From Octopus bimaculoides (Eukaryota): a stretch of 64,000 nt of DNA. The notes under the pieces are model-generated. The model worked only from the letters and a program-made list of their open reading frames with translations. It was not told the DNA's origin and did not search any database. The DNA is taken from assembly GCF_001194135.2 (NCBI RefSeq), contig NC_068983.1, forward strand, positions 23,055,330 to 23,119,329, written 5' to 3'. The first letter of the stretch is position 1; the number at the start of each line of letters is the position of its first letter. This document shows, in pieces, positions 38,670 to 52,800 of the stretch. A program made the position numbers and the translations under genes.

Positions 38670-39860
38670 ATACTGATGGAGAACACCATAAAACACTCAC
38701 ATCATAGCTCCAATGGTTCTACAACTCAGTATTTTCTACTGATACTTACATGTCTGTTTGAGAAGCTGTATTAATTATATTAACAGCACAGCAAACTTAG
38801 CAGACAGACACCAGTCGCCATCTGCAACAACTGACAAACAGAAAATGTAAACAATCAGCCTGTTCATCCAGGTCCCAGGGTCCATTCTGTTTACACTGCC
38901 TTGTTAGAGTGCTCTCTCATACAGGTAAATGGTGTTATTATGGTATACTTGACACCATGCTAGTTCTTGTAAAATAACCAACGCCTAAGTGATGTCATTA
39001 CAGTAGTGCTTACACCAACCAGATCCATTTGATGTGTATTATAGTAGGTAATTTACAATATTTGGCCACTTTTTGAAAATGACTGGATAAATTTTAAACA
39101 ACCAAGACTGCAGAATTGCTGCATACGAAGTTTACTGATTGAAACTTAGTTAAAATGCTATTGAAACACAAAAGCAGAGGCTTCAAGGGCCACTGGAGAA
39201 GCTACAGCTCATCCAACTCCTTTACATATGAGCCTTGCACCTTCAGTGCTTAAGATATTTTCCACAAAAACTTGGGGTAGTCTTATACAGCAAGTATAGC
39301 TCAAAATCCACTTTTTAAATGGAAATCCTGGGAGTCATCTTGTACACCCAATCGTATTACATACTGGCATATATGATATGTTATTCAAACTGATCCACAG
39401 TTTTCAATATGGGTAGGTATCATTTAAGGGAGATTTGGCTGCTAATTCTAACAGATTGAATAACCTCTTAAGGCTTCTGCATTGCCTCATTTGTATACTA
39501 GTGTTCACTGTTATTTCCTGGATTTTCTCTCCCTCTCAGGATTATTTTTTATCCTAAGGCAATAAGAAGTAGGCATAAATGGTAAGGAAGGGGGATTTAT
39601 TTAGTTACTTTACAGGTTTTTAGCTTGGTGTGTCCTGTTAGAGACTTTATAACTTGTTGAGCTTAATAAAATAATTATCAACATTATGCTACATTTGGCC
39701 AACCAGCTACCCATAAACTCTTTACAAATGGTGTTGAATGAGGAGGAGAAGGGGCTGCTACGAAAGAAATCTACTGTTTCTCTGATCCTATTGTTTTAAT
39801 AACACCAAACATTAATATCCCCTCCTCATTCTAGCTTTGTATGTTAGGCAATGTTTTTAA

Positions 39861-40309
39861 CCATTTTGTGACCATGTTCATAATGAAATTCATCATCCAC
39901 AAATTTCAATTATCTTTTAATCGTTTTGATACTAACCCGTCCAAAACTGCCTTTGCTTCTGTTTTAACCTTTTAGCATTTAATCTGGCTAAAATATTCTC
40001 CAAAATCTTTTGTTCAAACTGACAATGTCATTCTAAAAATATACCAACACACCATTGAAATCTTAAAGCTACAAGTTAATCTTTGATTAATTCAAAACAA
40101 TGTGAATAAATAAGCAATACATTTGACAAAGAAATCTGAAGGCTAAAGGGTTAAAATATTCAAAATTAAACTTCTCGTTAAAATTTCACATTAATCTATG
40201 TTCCAAACAACAGCTAAATAATAAAGTTATTTTACTGTATTCGTCATTATTTTCAAAATAAATTGAAAGATAAACACTGTACTTCAACAGGAATATGTTA
40301 ACAAAAGGG
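39861..40309 (+). mobile_element. TTAA-flanked MITE containing a nested family D MITE (39968-40150)
   Basis: Outer TTAA|CCATTTTGTGACCAT ... ATGTTAACAAAAGGG|TTAA; inner TTAA|CCTTTTAGCAT ... GCTAAAGGG|TTAA. Confidence 0.65.
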
Positions 40310-41565
40310 TTAAATCAATTAACAATATGAAGATATTTAACAGAAAAAAAAACAATTTATTATTAAGTTGGCTTTTAGAATGACTTTAACAAGAAGTTCT
40401 TTCATAAAACTATGGTGGGAAGATTTAAACTTAATTTGAAAAACAGAATCAGAGGTAGTCAGTCTCTAGCAGGCTGGTATGAAAAGCTTTCAACTTTGTT
40501 GATCTTATATGACTATCAGTCGGGATTAAGTTCTTAGGGGCGGGAGGAAACCTATGTTAAAATTATTATTTTTGTAGTAATAGTAAAACTGTATGAGTTA
40601 GCTAGGGATGTACAGTGGTCAATGTAAAGTATAGTACATAGTAACATAGAAGGAAAGCATGTTCATCATCATCATCATAGTTAACATATTAATGTTAATT
40701 TTTTTCATACTAGGACAGGTTGGGCAGGTCTGCTATCCAGCCATTCTATACAATCCAGAATCCCAAGACGCAGTATAATTATTAATCACTACATTAATTA
40801 TTACATTGTATTAAGTAACTAAACCTTTGCTCACACATTATTTCTTTGTTGTTCTGGTTGCAAAGCATGTGTATTCACACAACTTAGAGGTAATAGTGAA
40901 TTACTAAGCTTAATAGGGTATCAATTTCAATCATGTACTTCTTACTATGTTAGCATAATTAATTTAGAAATTCAAGTTTGACAAAAGGCTAAATTTACTT
41001 TGGCAAGATTCAAATCCACAATTGATAGCTACCAGAAAAAGAAATAAATTATGCAACCCAAACTGACATTCCCCTGTTGCCTCGTTCATTGTCCTAACTT
41101 CAAATCCACAGGCGTTCAATTACATATTTATTCTGCATTTGTTTTCTTAACCATGAGCAATTCCTTTATTTCTGTTATCTACATATTCATAAGACTATGA
41201 CTTAAAATATATTATTCATGGTGATGAACGACTGAAGGTAGCTTGAATTTGTTTCAAAAGACTCAAATAAGTAACATATAAGCTTAAACAAAAGATAATT
41301 TATTCTTTAAATCTTAGAATAGTTCAGTAAAATAGAAACTTGCAATACTTAGATGCTGACCTTAAAAAGTATTGCTCTTTGAATCATTTATGTTTCTTTG
41401 TTCATAGATTGTGCTTGGCCTCTAAAGAAAAATTAGGTTAGTTCTATGTAAGTCATTTATGTAAAATAGCAGTAGAACAAATCTTTCTCCAAATGATACT
41501 GTAAATGCTGAGAGTAGGGCATCACATTTTGTTGTGTAAAACAATATTCTGCCCCCCATCTCTCT

Positions 41566-41602
<37 letters not shown>

Positions 41603-43759
41603 AGTGCCATGCCTGCAGGCATCAGCAATCATGGACCTCTATGCTGAAGTCTGAAGATATGTGAATTTTCTTCCAAAAGGTATCGCAGTAGTTTCCTGTA
41701 GCCTTCTGCTGGTCTTGTTTATAACTTACTCTGCTATCTCCTGCTCTCTCAAACTTACCCATGAGAATAGGGCATATTTAATACTTAGTGAGAGAGATTG
41801 TTTCACTTGACATCAGGACATGCCTACACACCAGTGAGCCTGTGTAACATATGTCTTCAGGTCAACCTTCCTCCAAGTTTTGCACACCTTAGCCACAAAA
41901 TCATCTTGTGCTATTTGACCCATAACTAGAGCCCATACCATAGTGGATCTGAGAGTAGTGGTGACTAAAGGGTAACTCTATTCTCCCCCAAATTCTTGAA
42001 CTCCTGATGTATTAGATAATAAAAATAGAACTCCTGATATAACTTTGATAGGTTTCAGCCAGTATAGCCCCAAGCCATGTCTAAAAAAAAAAACTGAAGC
42101 ATGATATATTCGCCCATTACGCTCTGTAAAGTGGTTGACATTAGGAAGAGCATTCAGTCATTAAAACCATATCAAAACAGACAATTGGTGCCTCATGTAG
42201 TTCTCCAGCTGGTCAGTTCCTGTCAAACCATCCAACCCATGCCAACATAGAAAACGAACATTAAATGATGATGATGATGGGAAACTGGTTTGTAGAGATT
42301 GTACAGTCAACATAGTATTTTTATATTTTTTTATATTTAAAACATATCTGATTTTGAATTTTGCTAGAGTCACATTTTAGCCCTTAAAATCCATAAACTA
42401 GTGAACTGAACTCAAATCAATAAGAAAAGGAGATGACTAGTTAAGAAAACTGAACTTTGTTGGTTTCATTTAGCGTTCGTAAGTCTGTTTCATCTCTATT
42501 GAGCTACATTGTACAACATCAACAACAATCCTTCTGGTGCAGGATTTATTTTACCAACAAAATTACACAGGTATCTGTGTTCAATTCATGCCACCTATCT
42601 GATACATGCCAGTATGGGAAACTGGCGTAAAATGATGGCAGTGATGGTAATGATGATAATCCCACTCCTATATGCATGTTAGCATCCCATTCATATCTGC
42701 TTTGTGACTTCAACAAGTCTAGTTAATAATAGATTCACTGTTCACTTTTTAAACCACTCCTCATTTTTTCCTCCTCATAAAAATCCCTGGTTAAATACTA
42801 TCATACGAACATACGATTTACACACGTCATTAAAACTGGTCATTGATGAAATTTAATTGCGACAAATTTTGATGTTCAGAGGGGAGGAGTGTATCAACAT
42901 TACAGAACAGCTATTGTCTATGGTGTTTGCTTTCCAACTCTTCCTGTATAATTTGGAAACATTCAACTTCTGCAACAGGATAATGGTGATTACTTGTCAT
43001 TGTTACTATAGCAACCACTAGCACTACTCCTTTATCACTTTCTCAGTTTAATATCATATTTAGTTGGAAATTTCACTGGTCATCTTCTCTACTGTTACGT
43101 TCATAAATAATACTGTTTCCTGGCTCTCAGAGAAGTAGCATTACAAGACTTGATTTAGCTTTATATTCCATTATTGTCCTTTCTTTTGTGTGTTTCGACA
43201 ATGCCTGAAACAAAAGATATCACTGATGTATATTTCACATTTGGTAGGTTCATTTTAATGTTTCCATTTCACCTTTATTTTAGTTGTTAGTATTGTTTTG
43301 GTTTCATAGTCATCATAGCATTTAACATTTTCGTCTAATAATTTTCTTTTTCATGTCATTGTTGTATACTGAAGCCTGCCAAACAGGTGTAACACTTTCA
43401 GTAACTGCCCTATTCACACTGACATGAAACATGATTGTATGGTTTAAGCATTTTTGTCTGGTTGCATCAACATTACAAATATGGGAAAGAAATTCTTATC
43501 TCTATCTTTAGTCTTCATCATCATTACTCTGTTTGACATCTATTTTTCACGGTTTGATGTAGTAGATCAGTTTTTCTAATCTGGATGGTAACTCCCCCTT
43601 GGTGTGGGGAGTCCTGTGAGCTCACAGGAGGCCAGCCTATGTTAAGGTAGCACTATAGGAGGCATTAAGTGTTTAGAAGAGCTGTGTTTTTTTTTAGGAT
43701 TTAAGTATTTAACCACCCTCCTTCACATTCACCTTCTTGTACTTTGAGAGTACATCCTG

Positions 43760-44120
43760 ACACCTCATCACCATCATCATTTTCTCCTCTTTTCCAGCTG
43801 GGGTAGCCATGTATCTTCTCTACCGCAAGACACCTGTTCCTAACCCTCTGGCATACTCTTACTTCTCAACATAAACTACTTCCCTGAATTCCCCTCAAAC
43901 AAGGGGTCATGTCTTGCAAGTTATTTGATGACTACACTCATGCTGATGACATATTAAAGGCACCCCGGTACTTTCTGTAAAGTACTTGGCATTAAGAAGG
44001 GCATCTGACTATAGAAACCATGTCAAAACAGATACTGGAACTCAACACAGTCCTGTGACCTGTCAGATTGTGTGAAAGCATCCAACTCGTGCCAACATGG
44101 AATACAGGCACTAAATAATG
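43760..44120 (+). mobile_element. Degenerate LINE 3' end running into a family A tail
   Basis: Upstream sequence resembles 24120-24400 and leads into the family A consensus and (GAT)n tail. Confidence 0.5.
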
Positions 44121-45243
44121 ATGATGATTTTTTCAGGATTAGAATATGAGTTAGACCTTATTATCAGTGTACAGAAACATAATTGGTTGTACACTAAAGT
44201 GTACAACATAACTAGTTGTACACTAACTCTGTTATGTAAGCACTCAACTTCTATAGTAATTAACATATTCATGCAAATAGCTATATCTTCCCTCCCAAGA
44301 AAAAAACATGAAATGAGACATTTTAAAAACCCCATTCAGTGAAAGGGACACTGAGTTACATAAGGTTAAGAACCTATGTATTAGATAGATCCACCTAATT
44401 GCTAATTGTTGCCACATCACCTCTATAGCAATGTACCAAAAAAAATACATAATGTTCTTCTTAACACTGCTTATACCAAATATGGTAAGCTTGTTTGATA
44501 TAAATTGCTGGTGATAGAAAACACCTGGTGGTTTCTCTAAGATGACAAATTGATATTTCTAATTATAAATTATTATTTTTATTTTTGGTATCTGGGACTG
44601 TTGACACCTCATATCTATATATAGCATTAAAACCTCTAAGTTTTTACTTCAATGAAGCCTAAATTCACTTAATCCTTTAGCATTTAAACTGGCCATATCC
44701 AACCTAAATATTCTCCATGTTTTATGTTCAAATCAGCTAGATCCAGCTTCTTACACTTATGCTACAATGTCATTCTTAAAATAATTGCTTCATCAACTTC
44801 TTGATGTAGTGAGATAATGCATGATTGATTCAAAAGAATATAAATAATTATTTATTTACAGTAACATTTGACAGAATAATTTGAATGCTAATGTGTTAAA
44901 GGAAGACTTGGAATTGAATTGATAGATTTTGTTAAGAATATGATGGTACAAGCCAAATCTCATGTCCCAGTGTTTAGTGATGTGGTGATGTTGATAATTT
45001 GTTTTCAGTTGGATGTGCTAATTATAATTATTTGTTACAAACACTGCTGGTGTCATTAATAGCTAATTTAATTTCTTTTTCTTTTTCTCATTACAACTTA
45101 AGTATCTTCATAATGATCGTCATTGCTTTCCCACATTGGCAGCAAGTGTCTGAGGGTAGTAGGCTATCTAATTTCACCTGTGAGATTTAAGTAAAAAGAT
45201 AGTGACTTCCTATGATAGATGTAATTTTCCAGGATCTGATTGA

Positions 45244-45245
<2 letters not shown>

Positions 45246-45290
<45 letters not shown>
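45246..45290. repeat. (TC)n microsatellite
   Basis: Directly visible. Confidence 0.97.
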
Positions 45291-45293
<3 letters not shown>

Positions 45294-46084
45294 CCATCCA
45301 TCTTCCAATTTTATTTACCAGATGGGAGTATTTTGTACCTAGTATGCATCAGTCCTTGTCATACATACATAGAAGCATTCTTTTCTTTTTGTATGTGCAC
45401 TGGAAGTAAAATGCCTTTCCTATCCATTTTAATTTCTCAATATATTTGTTCTTCCTCTTTCTCCTTGCAAACAAAGAGGGGCTTTCTCTTTGAAATTTTT
45501 TTCTTGCTAAGTTTGTTTGGGGTTAAATAATCAGTCTCTTGATTGTTGTAGTTCCCTGGAATTCCTTTAAAATGTAAACACCTCACTTGTACCTTGTGCT
45601 TATAGCTTAAATCTGTGTGTTTGTGTGTGTGTTTGTGAGTTTCTTATAGCTAGTGTAAACCAGAAGTTTCTAAATGCTTATACATTCTAAAATCATTTAC
45701 TTAACACTAATCACTTCAACTATTAAGAGGAAGTGATGCTTATTTTTCAAACACCTATATCTCTTTAAAGAAATGGATTTAACCTATTTAAATAACATAA
45801 TAAATAACATAATACCGGAAACAGAATATCAAAATTAAATAATATTTGTGTTATTTAGCCATGAACCTTCAATTGTTTCATCGTAGCACTTCTTGATAAA
45901 AGCGGTACTAGATTTATCAGAAATGTATTGCTTTTAGTTTAATAATTCTATGATTTGGTGTAGATGAGAAGAAGCCAAATATTGTCTGTTAATGTGTGAT
46001 GCTTGTTATGTTTTTCTTTATATGAGAAGCCAACTGTCCAATAGCTTACACAGCATTAATTTTGGTTCTTGGTGATATTTACAG

Positions 46085-46179
46085 GAGCTTATGGAACTGC
46101 GATGGAAGATGCATCAGATGGGGAATACTTCCCAGGTAGTAATGGCTCCTTTTCTGAAACAGCTTGGGACAACTACCAG
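46085..46179 (+). CDS. klar: Klarsicht-like exon (GAYGTAMEDASDGEYFPGSNGSFSETAWDNYQ)
   Basis: tttacag| acceptor and CAG|GTATTT donor; 95 nt, phase 1-0, which matches the previous exon; FSETAWDNYQ motif. Confidence 0.88.
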
Positions 46180-47702
46180 GTATTTTGATTTATTTATTTT
46201 TTATTTTTATTATGTTTTTCTGTTAATGACTTGGTCAGAGGAGGAGGTGGGGTGGGTGGCCCCAGCCTAGAAACCTGGCTACTCTTCCTGTCAGCTATGA
46301 CTTTCATCCTTTTGGGATCAATAATGAATGTAACCAATTCCAAGTGACTGAATTGGCAGAACTGTAACATTGTTAGTCCGAATGCCTTGCAGTATTTGTT
46401 CCAACTCTTTGCACTCTGAGTTCAAATCCTGCCATGGCCTACATGGCTGGTAGATTTAATCCATCAATCACCCAGCTGAACATCACCACCTGACACCTTG
46501 GATGCCTTTAGCAGAGTCCACTCTGTTGCAAGCACTTGGGTCACATCTTTGGTTTGAGGGTAATTTCCCCTTCTCTCTCTCTCTCACCTCAGAGGCCCTG
46601 TAAAGGGTCATGGATACTGCCTTTGCTCCTGGCTAAATGTAAAAGAAAGTGTTTCTGTGAACAGATAAGGAGGGTACACAGTCACTGACAATTCCCAAAA
46701 CAAGATGAAAGCCCTATTTTTATCCAGGTATTTACATGTAGGTTAAATCTACAAATATACACAAGAGTATAATGTTGAAACTAAACAATGCGCTAGTAAT
46801 TTAATATGGTTAATATTTACTTTGAACTGTTGAAGGTTGAGAAGAAAAATAGTTTTTTTTTTTGTTTTTGTTTTAACTAAGAAAACTCATGATCAAAGGT
46901 GTTCCAGACATGACCATCATGTCTTTCAGTTGTAGATCAGTTCTGATTGAACAGATCTGTATAGTCAAAAGCATTTCATTCCTAGGACCAATGTTGCTTT
47001 ACATTTTATAGATCATCAGAAGCGATTTGAGGAAAATTTAACTACTATTCTAGCAAGTCATAAACCATGTAGAAGTTTTCATGCTGGCTCATGGAATGAT
47101 ATTAAATAAGAATGAACTTTTGAAGAGATTACTCTATAGTTGACAATAAATTCTACTCCCTGTTAGAAGAAACATCAACTAACAATGTCTGTTGTGACTG
47201 CTTTTGTGAAAGAAAAAAAAATTCAAGTAACTATTAAAAACTATATGAGAACTTCAACCTGAATATAGTAATCAAGAGCAAATGTTGATTTGGATTTTAT
47301 CATGAAGTTCTTGTTAACACCTGACATTATTGGCACTAAATCATTTTATGGGTATTTAAACAGAACCCTTCCTCTCAAAAATAAACTGGTTTATCTTTGG
47401 TGGTGGGATTATGCCATGCTTCTGTATTGTAGGCAGCAGCAAGTTGAACAAAGCCAATTGTGTCAGGCATGCTGAATGAAAAGGAAGCAGGAGGTACACA
47501 GACACATCAACACACTGTATACACAACCTTACTTTCTCTACTTCATTACTTGACCACTTTGTTGATTATTTTTCTTTTTCTTTCTAGTTTTTTTCCCTTT
47601 CTTTTGAGTTTGAATACAAAATGTGAGTGCTTGATACATTGTACTGTTGTTTCAGTTCATATATAAACATAAAAATATTGTTGACATCACAATTCCCAAA
47701 AG

Positions 47703-47749
<47 letters not shown>

Positions 47750-47825
47750 TACATACACACTCATACATACACCCAAAAGCCATGCACACATCCACACAGA
47801 CATGTCAGCATAGATATATTTATGT

Positions 47826-47857
<32 letters not shown>

Positions 47858-49006
47858 CAAAGAAAGAGAGAGTAAGGTGTGTATATGTTAGTTTATTTTT
47901 TACTATTTTTTTTTTAACATGAATATATAAACAGATAAATGCAAATATGGAATATTTTTAAATAAACTGTGGAAATGTATAGAAATTGTTCTCCCTATAC
48001 ACTAAATGCTATTTTGAAGCAACTATTGTCTTTGATATTATGAGAAAATAAAAGGCATGGTGCATGAACATTTGCATAACCTGCATTTCAGATAGGCTGT
48101 TAGTCACATAATAAACAGATTATGCAATCTGCACATAGCAACTTGTGGTTGCTATGTGCATATTCTTTTCATATATTTTGTTTTGCTTATCTACAGTTTT
48201 TATTGTACTTCTTATTGATTCTCATTCATCCTGAACATTCGACAATTTAATGGCAGTAAAATGACATGGATATCTATATCTTTGAATAGATTCATTTGCG
48301 TAGAAAGAATCTAAACTTGAGCACAGGCATATGTTGTTTATAAATAAAACATATATTTGTATGAAACGCTGGCAGAAAATTTGAGATCATGGTATCAAAT
48401 CTAGGAAAGACTTGTTAGCAATGTAGGAGAAATAAATTTAGTAAAGTTTTGATTGAGCTAACGTTTGGTGCTATAAAATTACCTGACTGAAGTGGTCAGC
48501 GGTAGACACAGTTTTAGTGTTTTTGTCATTTATCTCAAAAGATTACTTGTACATGCCGTACTAATCCTAGTGATGGAAGTTGGGAGGGGGGGGCGTTTGA
48601 AAAACTAAGGTGACTGGAGTGGGGGCAATTCTGAGTTTGGATCCTATGCAATGACTTGTCTTTCTAGGGATTACATCTTGTAACTTCTTGCCTCAGCACA
48701 TGAAACAATACAGGTGTGGGGCAGTTCAGAGATTTGGCCACTCTTTTAACAGATCTTAACATGTAGAAACTTGATTAGAAGTGAAGTGTGTATATGTGTG
48801 TGTGTGTGTGTGTATGTATGTGCGTGTGTGTATGTATGTATGTGTGTGTGTGTATATATATATTATTTAAAATGGGAATATTTAGCTCATACATAAATAA
48901 CAAACCGTTTGTTATTATGTATTCATTACTTCTTTGTGTTCGCTAGAATTTCATTTATTTCTCCCAAAATGGCCCTTAGTTAACCAGTACTGTATATTAT
49001 TTATTA

Positions 49007-49283
49007 CAGGGGTTTTCAAACTTTTTTACTTGCGGACCCCTTTATATTTCAGGCTTTACCTTAGGGACCCCCCTTATAAACGCTTATGAAATTTACACAT
49101 GAATATTTGCTTAAAATAACATATATTTTTACATTTATTTATTTAACAGTATTTTAACAAATAGGTTTATTGTCAATTAAAAGATTTCGATTAAAAAACA
49201 TATATAAAATCAAATTGCCCATAAAAAGTATTTGCTGTCCACGGACCCCCTGTGATCCGGGGACCACAGTTTGAAAACCCCTG
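49007..49283. mobile_element. hAT-type MITE (16-bp TIR CAGGGGTTTTCAAACT, 8-bp TSD ATTTATTA)
   Basis: Perfect TIRs at 49007-49022 and 49268-49283; identical 8-mers at 48999-49006 and 49284-49291. Confidence 0.92.
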
Positions 49284-49702
49284 ATTTATTATATTTAGCA
49301 CGCCAGGCAAAATGCTTACTGGCATTTTGTTCGTCCTTACATTCTGAGTTCAAATTCCACCTAGGTCGACTTTGTCTTTCATCCTTTCAGGGTTGATAAA
49401 ATAAGTAGCAGTGGAACATTGGGATTGATGTAATCAGCTAGTCTCCTCCCACAAAATTTCAGGCCTTGTGCTTTCAGTAGAAAGGATTATTAGATGCCGT
49501 GAAAAATGCTTAGTGGCATTTTGTCCATCCTTATGTTTTGAGCTCAAATTCCACCGAGGTTGACTTCGCCTTTCATCCTTTCAGGGTCAATAAAACAAGC
49601 ACCAGTAGAGCACTGGGGTCAATGTAATCGACTTACCCCTCCTACCAAATTAATGACTTTGCGCTAAAGTTTGAAACCATTATTATGTTTTCCAATTTTT
49701 AG

Positions 49703-49858
49703 GCACCACTCTATCCCACAGTCAGTGATGAAGCTACAGAACCAGCTCTTCAGTGGTCAGGTGAAATGGAGTTTGAAGAGGAATTATCACCTGTGACTAC
49801 CAACAACACTATAATCACACAAGTTGTTGCAAAGCGGAGTGATGAAGATTCTGGAAAG
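49703..49858 (+). CDS. klar: Klarsicht-like exon (APLYPTVSDEATEPALQWSGEMEFEEELSPVTTNNTIITQVVAKRSDEDSGK)
   Basis: aatttttag| acceptor and AAG|GTAAGG donor; 156 nt open frame, phase 0-0. Confidence 0.85.
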
Positions 49859-52800
49859 GTAAGGATTTACAAAAATTTTTTTTAAAAAAAATTGAAATAC
49901 TGGGAGGGCAAAGTGCAAATGATAATTCAGGTGGTGTTAGGGCCGACAGTGAGGGATAATATAAGAGATTTATGCATGTGAGCATGAATATTTATGATAC
50001 AATCTTTAACTTTTAATTCCTCAGCTTTATTTGCTTGTAATTTCATTGAATAGCAGGAGGTAGAAGTGAATATTAACCCCAGTAGTTCCTAATGTCTTCT
50101 ATTATAGCCCCTGGCTCACCAATGCATTGTGTGTGAATTTGAAAGGCAGATGCTGTATAGAAGGCTGTCATGTGTGTGTTTCTTTGTGTTTGTCCATCCT
50201 CTTGCTACTTGACAGCTAGTGTTGGTTTGTTTGCATCCCCATAACCAAGCAGTTCTGCAAGTAAGACTGATAGAATAAGTATCAGACTTTAAGAAAAAAG
50301 AGTACTAGGGTTGATTTGTTCAACTAAACCCTTCAAGACAATGATCCAGCATGGTCACAGTCCAGTGACTGAAATAAGTAAAATATAAAAGATACTAATT
50401 AGATTTTTATTCAATTAATGAAGCTTTGGTCATCAAGACTTTATGTTTAGAATTTCAGTTTGTATGTTTTTTTACACATTTTAAAGATATTTCATTTCAT
50501 TTCATGGTGCCCCTTGTTACATCACTCAGGGACACCAGTGTTTAGGAATCACTGATATTGTCAGTTACTTCATGGTTAAAATTGTTGCTAGACCAATTGA
50601 ATTGTTGAAGTACCATATTTGATGGCATAAAAGACACATGGGTGTATTAGATACACCCCAACTTTTGTAGTGCATATTTAGGAAAAAAACATTTTTATTG
50701 CATTAAGTACCTGGCATGACTTTTTGAGTCTTTTTTCTTTTTCTATTGGAAAAAGTGTGCATTTTAAAATGCCATCGAATACAGTAAATGACAAATTATT
50801 GTAAATTCTTTACAATAATAATCTAGTGTGATACATAATTCTTTTAAATTTAATTCACACTGGCATAGGTGGGTTGATTTTCAATGTTGTCATTCAGTGA
50901 TTATTATTACAAAGATATATCCAACCCATGCCAACATGGAAACTGATATTAAGGGATGATGATGATGATGAAAATACTTAATTACACTGAAATGAACTTG
51001 TTTTCCAATATAAATTATTAACTGCTGCTGAGTATATTGCTCTACTTTAGCACCTATATCTAAAGTAGCCAGATGATCACATTCAGCTGACCTACAAACT
51101 TCATATATAGATCATGGATTTTTTTCATTAATCACAGTATGCAAATCTATGAATTGCTTATAAGCTGTATATCTATATAGATGAAATGTCTAGTTGCTTG
51201 GCCTCCTAAAATTAGCAGCCATATCTCCCTTATAACCACACTGCTGTCTTTAAAAAATGTAAAGCATATTGGCATAAGGACTCTCCCAAAACATTGGACA
51301 TTGTGTTTCAATAATGGATAATGTATACCAATAGGCAGAATGCTGGCAGAATTATTAAAGCAACAGACAGAATGCTCTGTTATTCCATTCCAGCTCTTTA
51401 CCTTACACCTTGCTCTGAAACAAAAAAAAAAAATGAAATTTTAAATCGTGGGAATGAGGATTTATGCTCATTGTCTATTTATTTCTGTCTGATCTTCAAC
51501 TATAAAAAACAACAACTCATTTTTTAACTAAATCTAACACCACTTAGTTTCTAAGCCAATTTGCTAGTCCTTTCTCCTATAGTTGTTATTCCAATTTGGT
51601 AAAGAATAGAAAGTTTTTTTTCTATGCCAACCCTCTCTGTATGTCATGCAAATTGTTTTAGAGATAAGAACAGGAAACAGTTTAGATGTAACTTTGACAA
51701 ATGAGGTTCCATTAGAAAACATCCATTTATTGCATATTTGTTCTATCTATATCAGTGTCTATTTATGATAGGAAAATGGATATAAAACTTTTTGAACAAA
51801 ATAAGATTTTATCAAAGTTAAACAGCTAAATCAAAACATGTGTCTTATTAACCATTTAGCATTCAGATTACTTTGTCAAATGTAATGCTTATTTGTTCAC
51901 ATCATTCTGTATTAATCATGTATTATCTTGTAGCTCTAAAATTTTGATGTGATTCTAAAGTTTTAGAATGATATTGTAGGGTAGGTATAAGAGGCCAGAT
52001 CTGGCCAGTTTAAACAAAACAGGTAGAATATTTGAGCTGGAGATGACCGGTTTAAATGTTAAAAGGTTGAAGCAGATATATACTTCTACAGGATACAACT
52101 GTCTTTTATACTTGTGTGTTCCTGTGTATTTTTTACTATAAATTATTTAGTTGTGTATCTATGTATAAATGAAAAGTGGTATAATACTAAAGGGGCAAAC
52201 CACTTCCACTTACTTGGTCTTCTAGAAATAGCAGCCATATCTCTCTTATATCACACTGCTGTTTTTAAAAAATTGTAGAACACATTGATTAAAATTAGGA
52301 TGGTCATGGCTAGAACATCTTTGCTGACACATTTGATCAATCATTGTTGGCTAGGGACTTGATTAGCAACTAATTGGGTATCCGTGTTAAGTGGAAATTA
52401 AATCCTTAGAAATAGCTTGTCATCTTAACTGAACTGGGCCAACAAATCATTCCCCACCCAAAGAGTTCAAAAGTCATGTTTTCAGTTGGATGTATACACG
52501 AACTGTTAGCTCACGACTAGGTAGGTGTGCTATTACTACTATTAGATAGGAAGAGATGTAAACTTAGATACTTCAGTACAGTTCTCAACCTGCTCTGTTG
52601 CCTACTGTCACCTTCACTGACCTGTTTATTGTTTCATGTACTTTGGGTTCTTTTGTATTTTTTTGTCATAACCTGTTGCCTCCTTTTTTTCGAATGAGAC
52701 ACACAGACCTTTTCATGTACACTTTTACTCCCCCCACCACCACCACACACACACACATATACACTCTTCAACTTTCACACATACACACACAGACAAGCCT

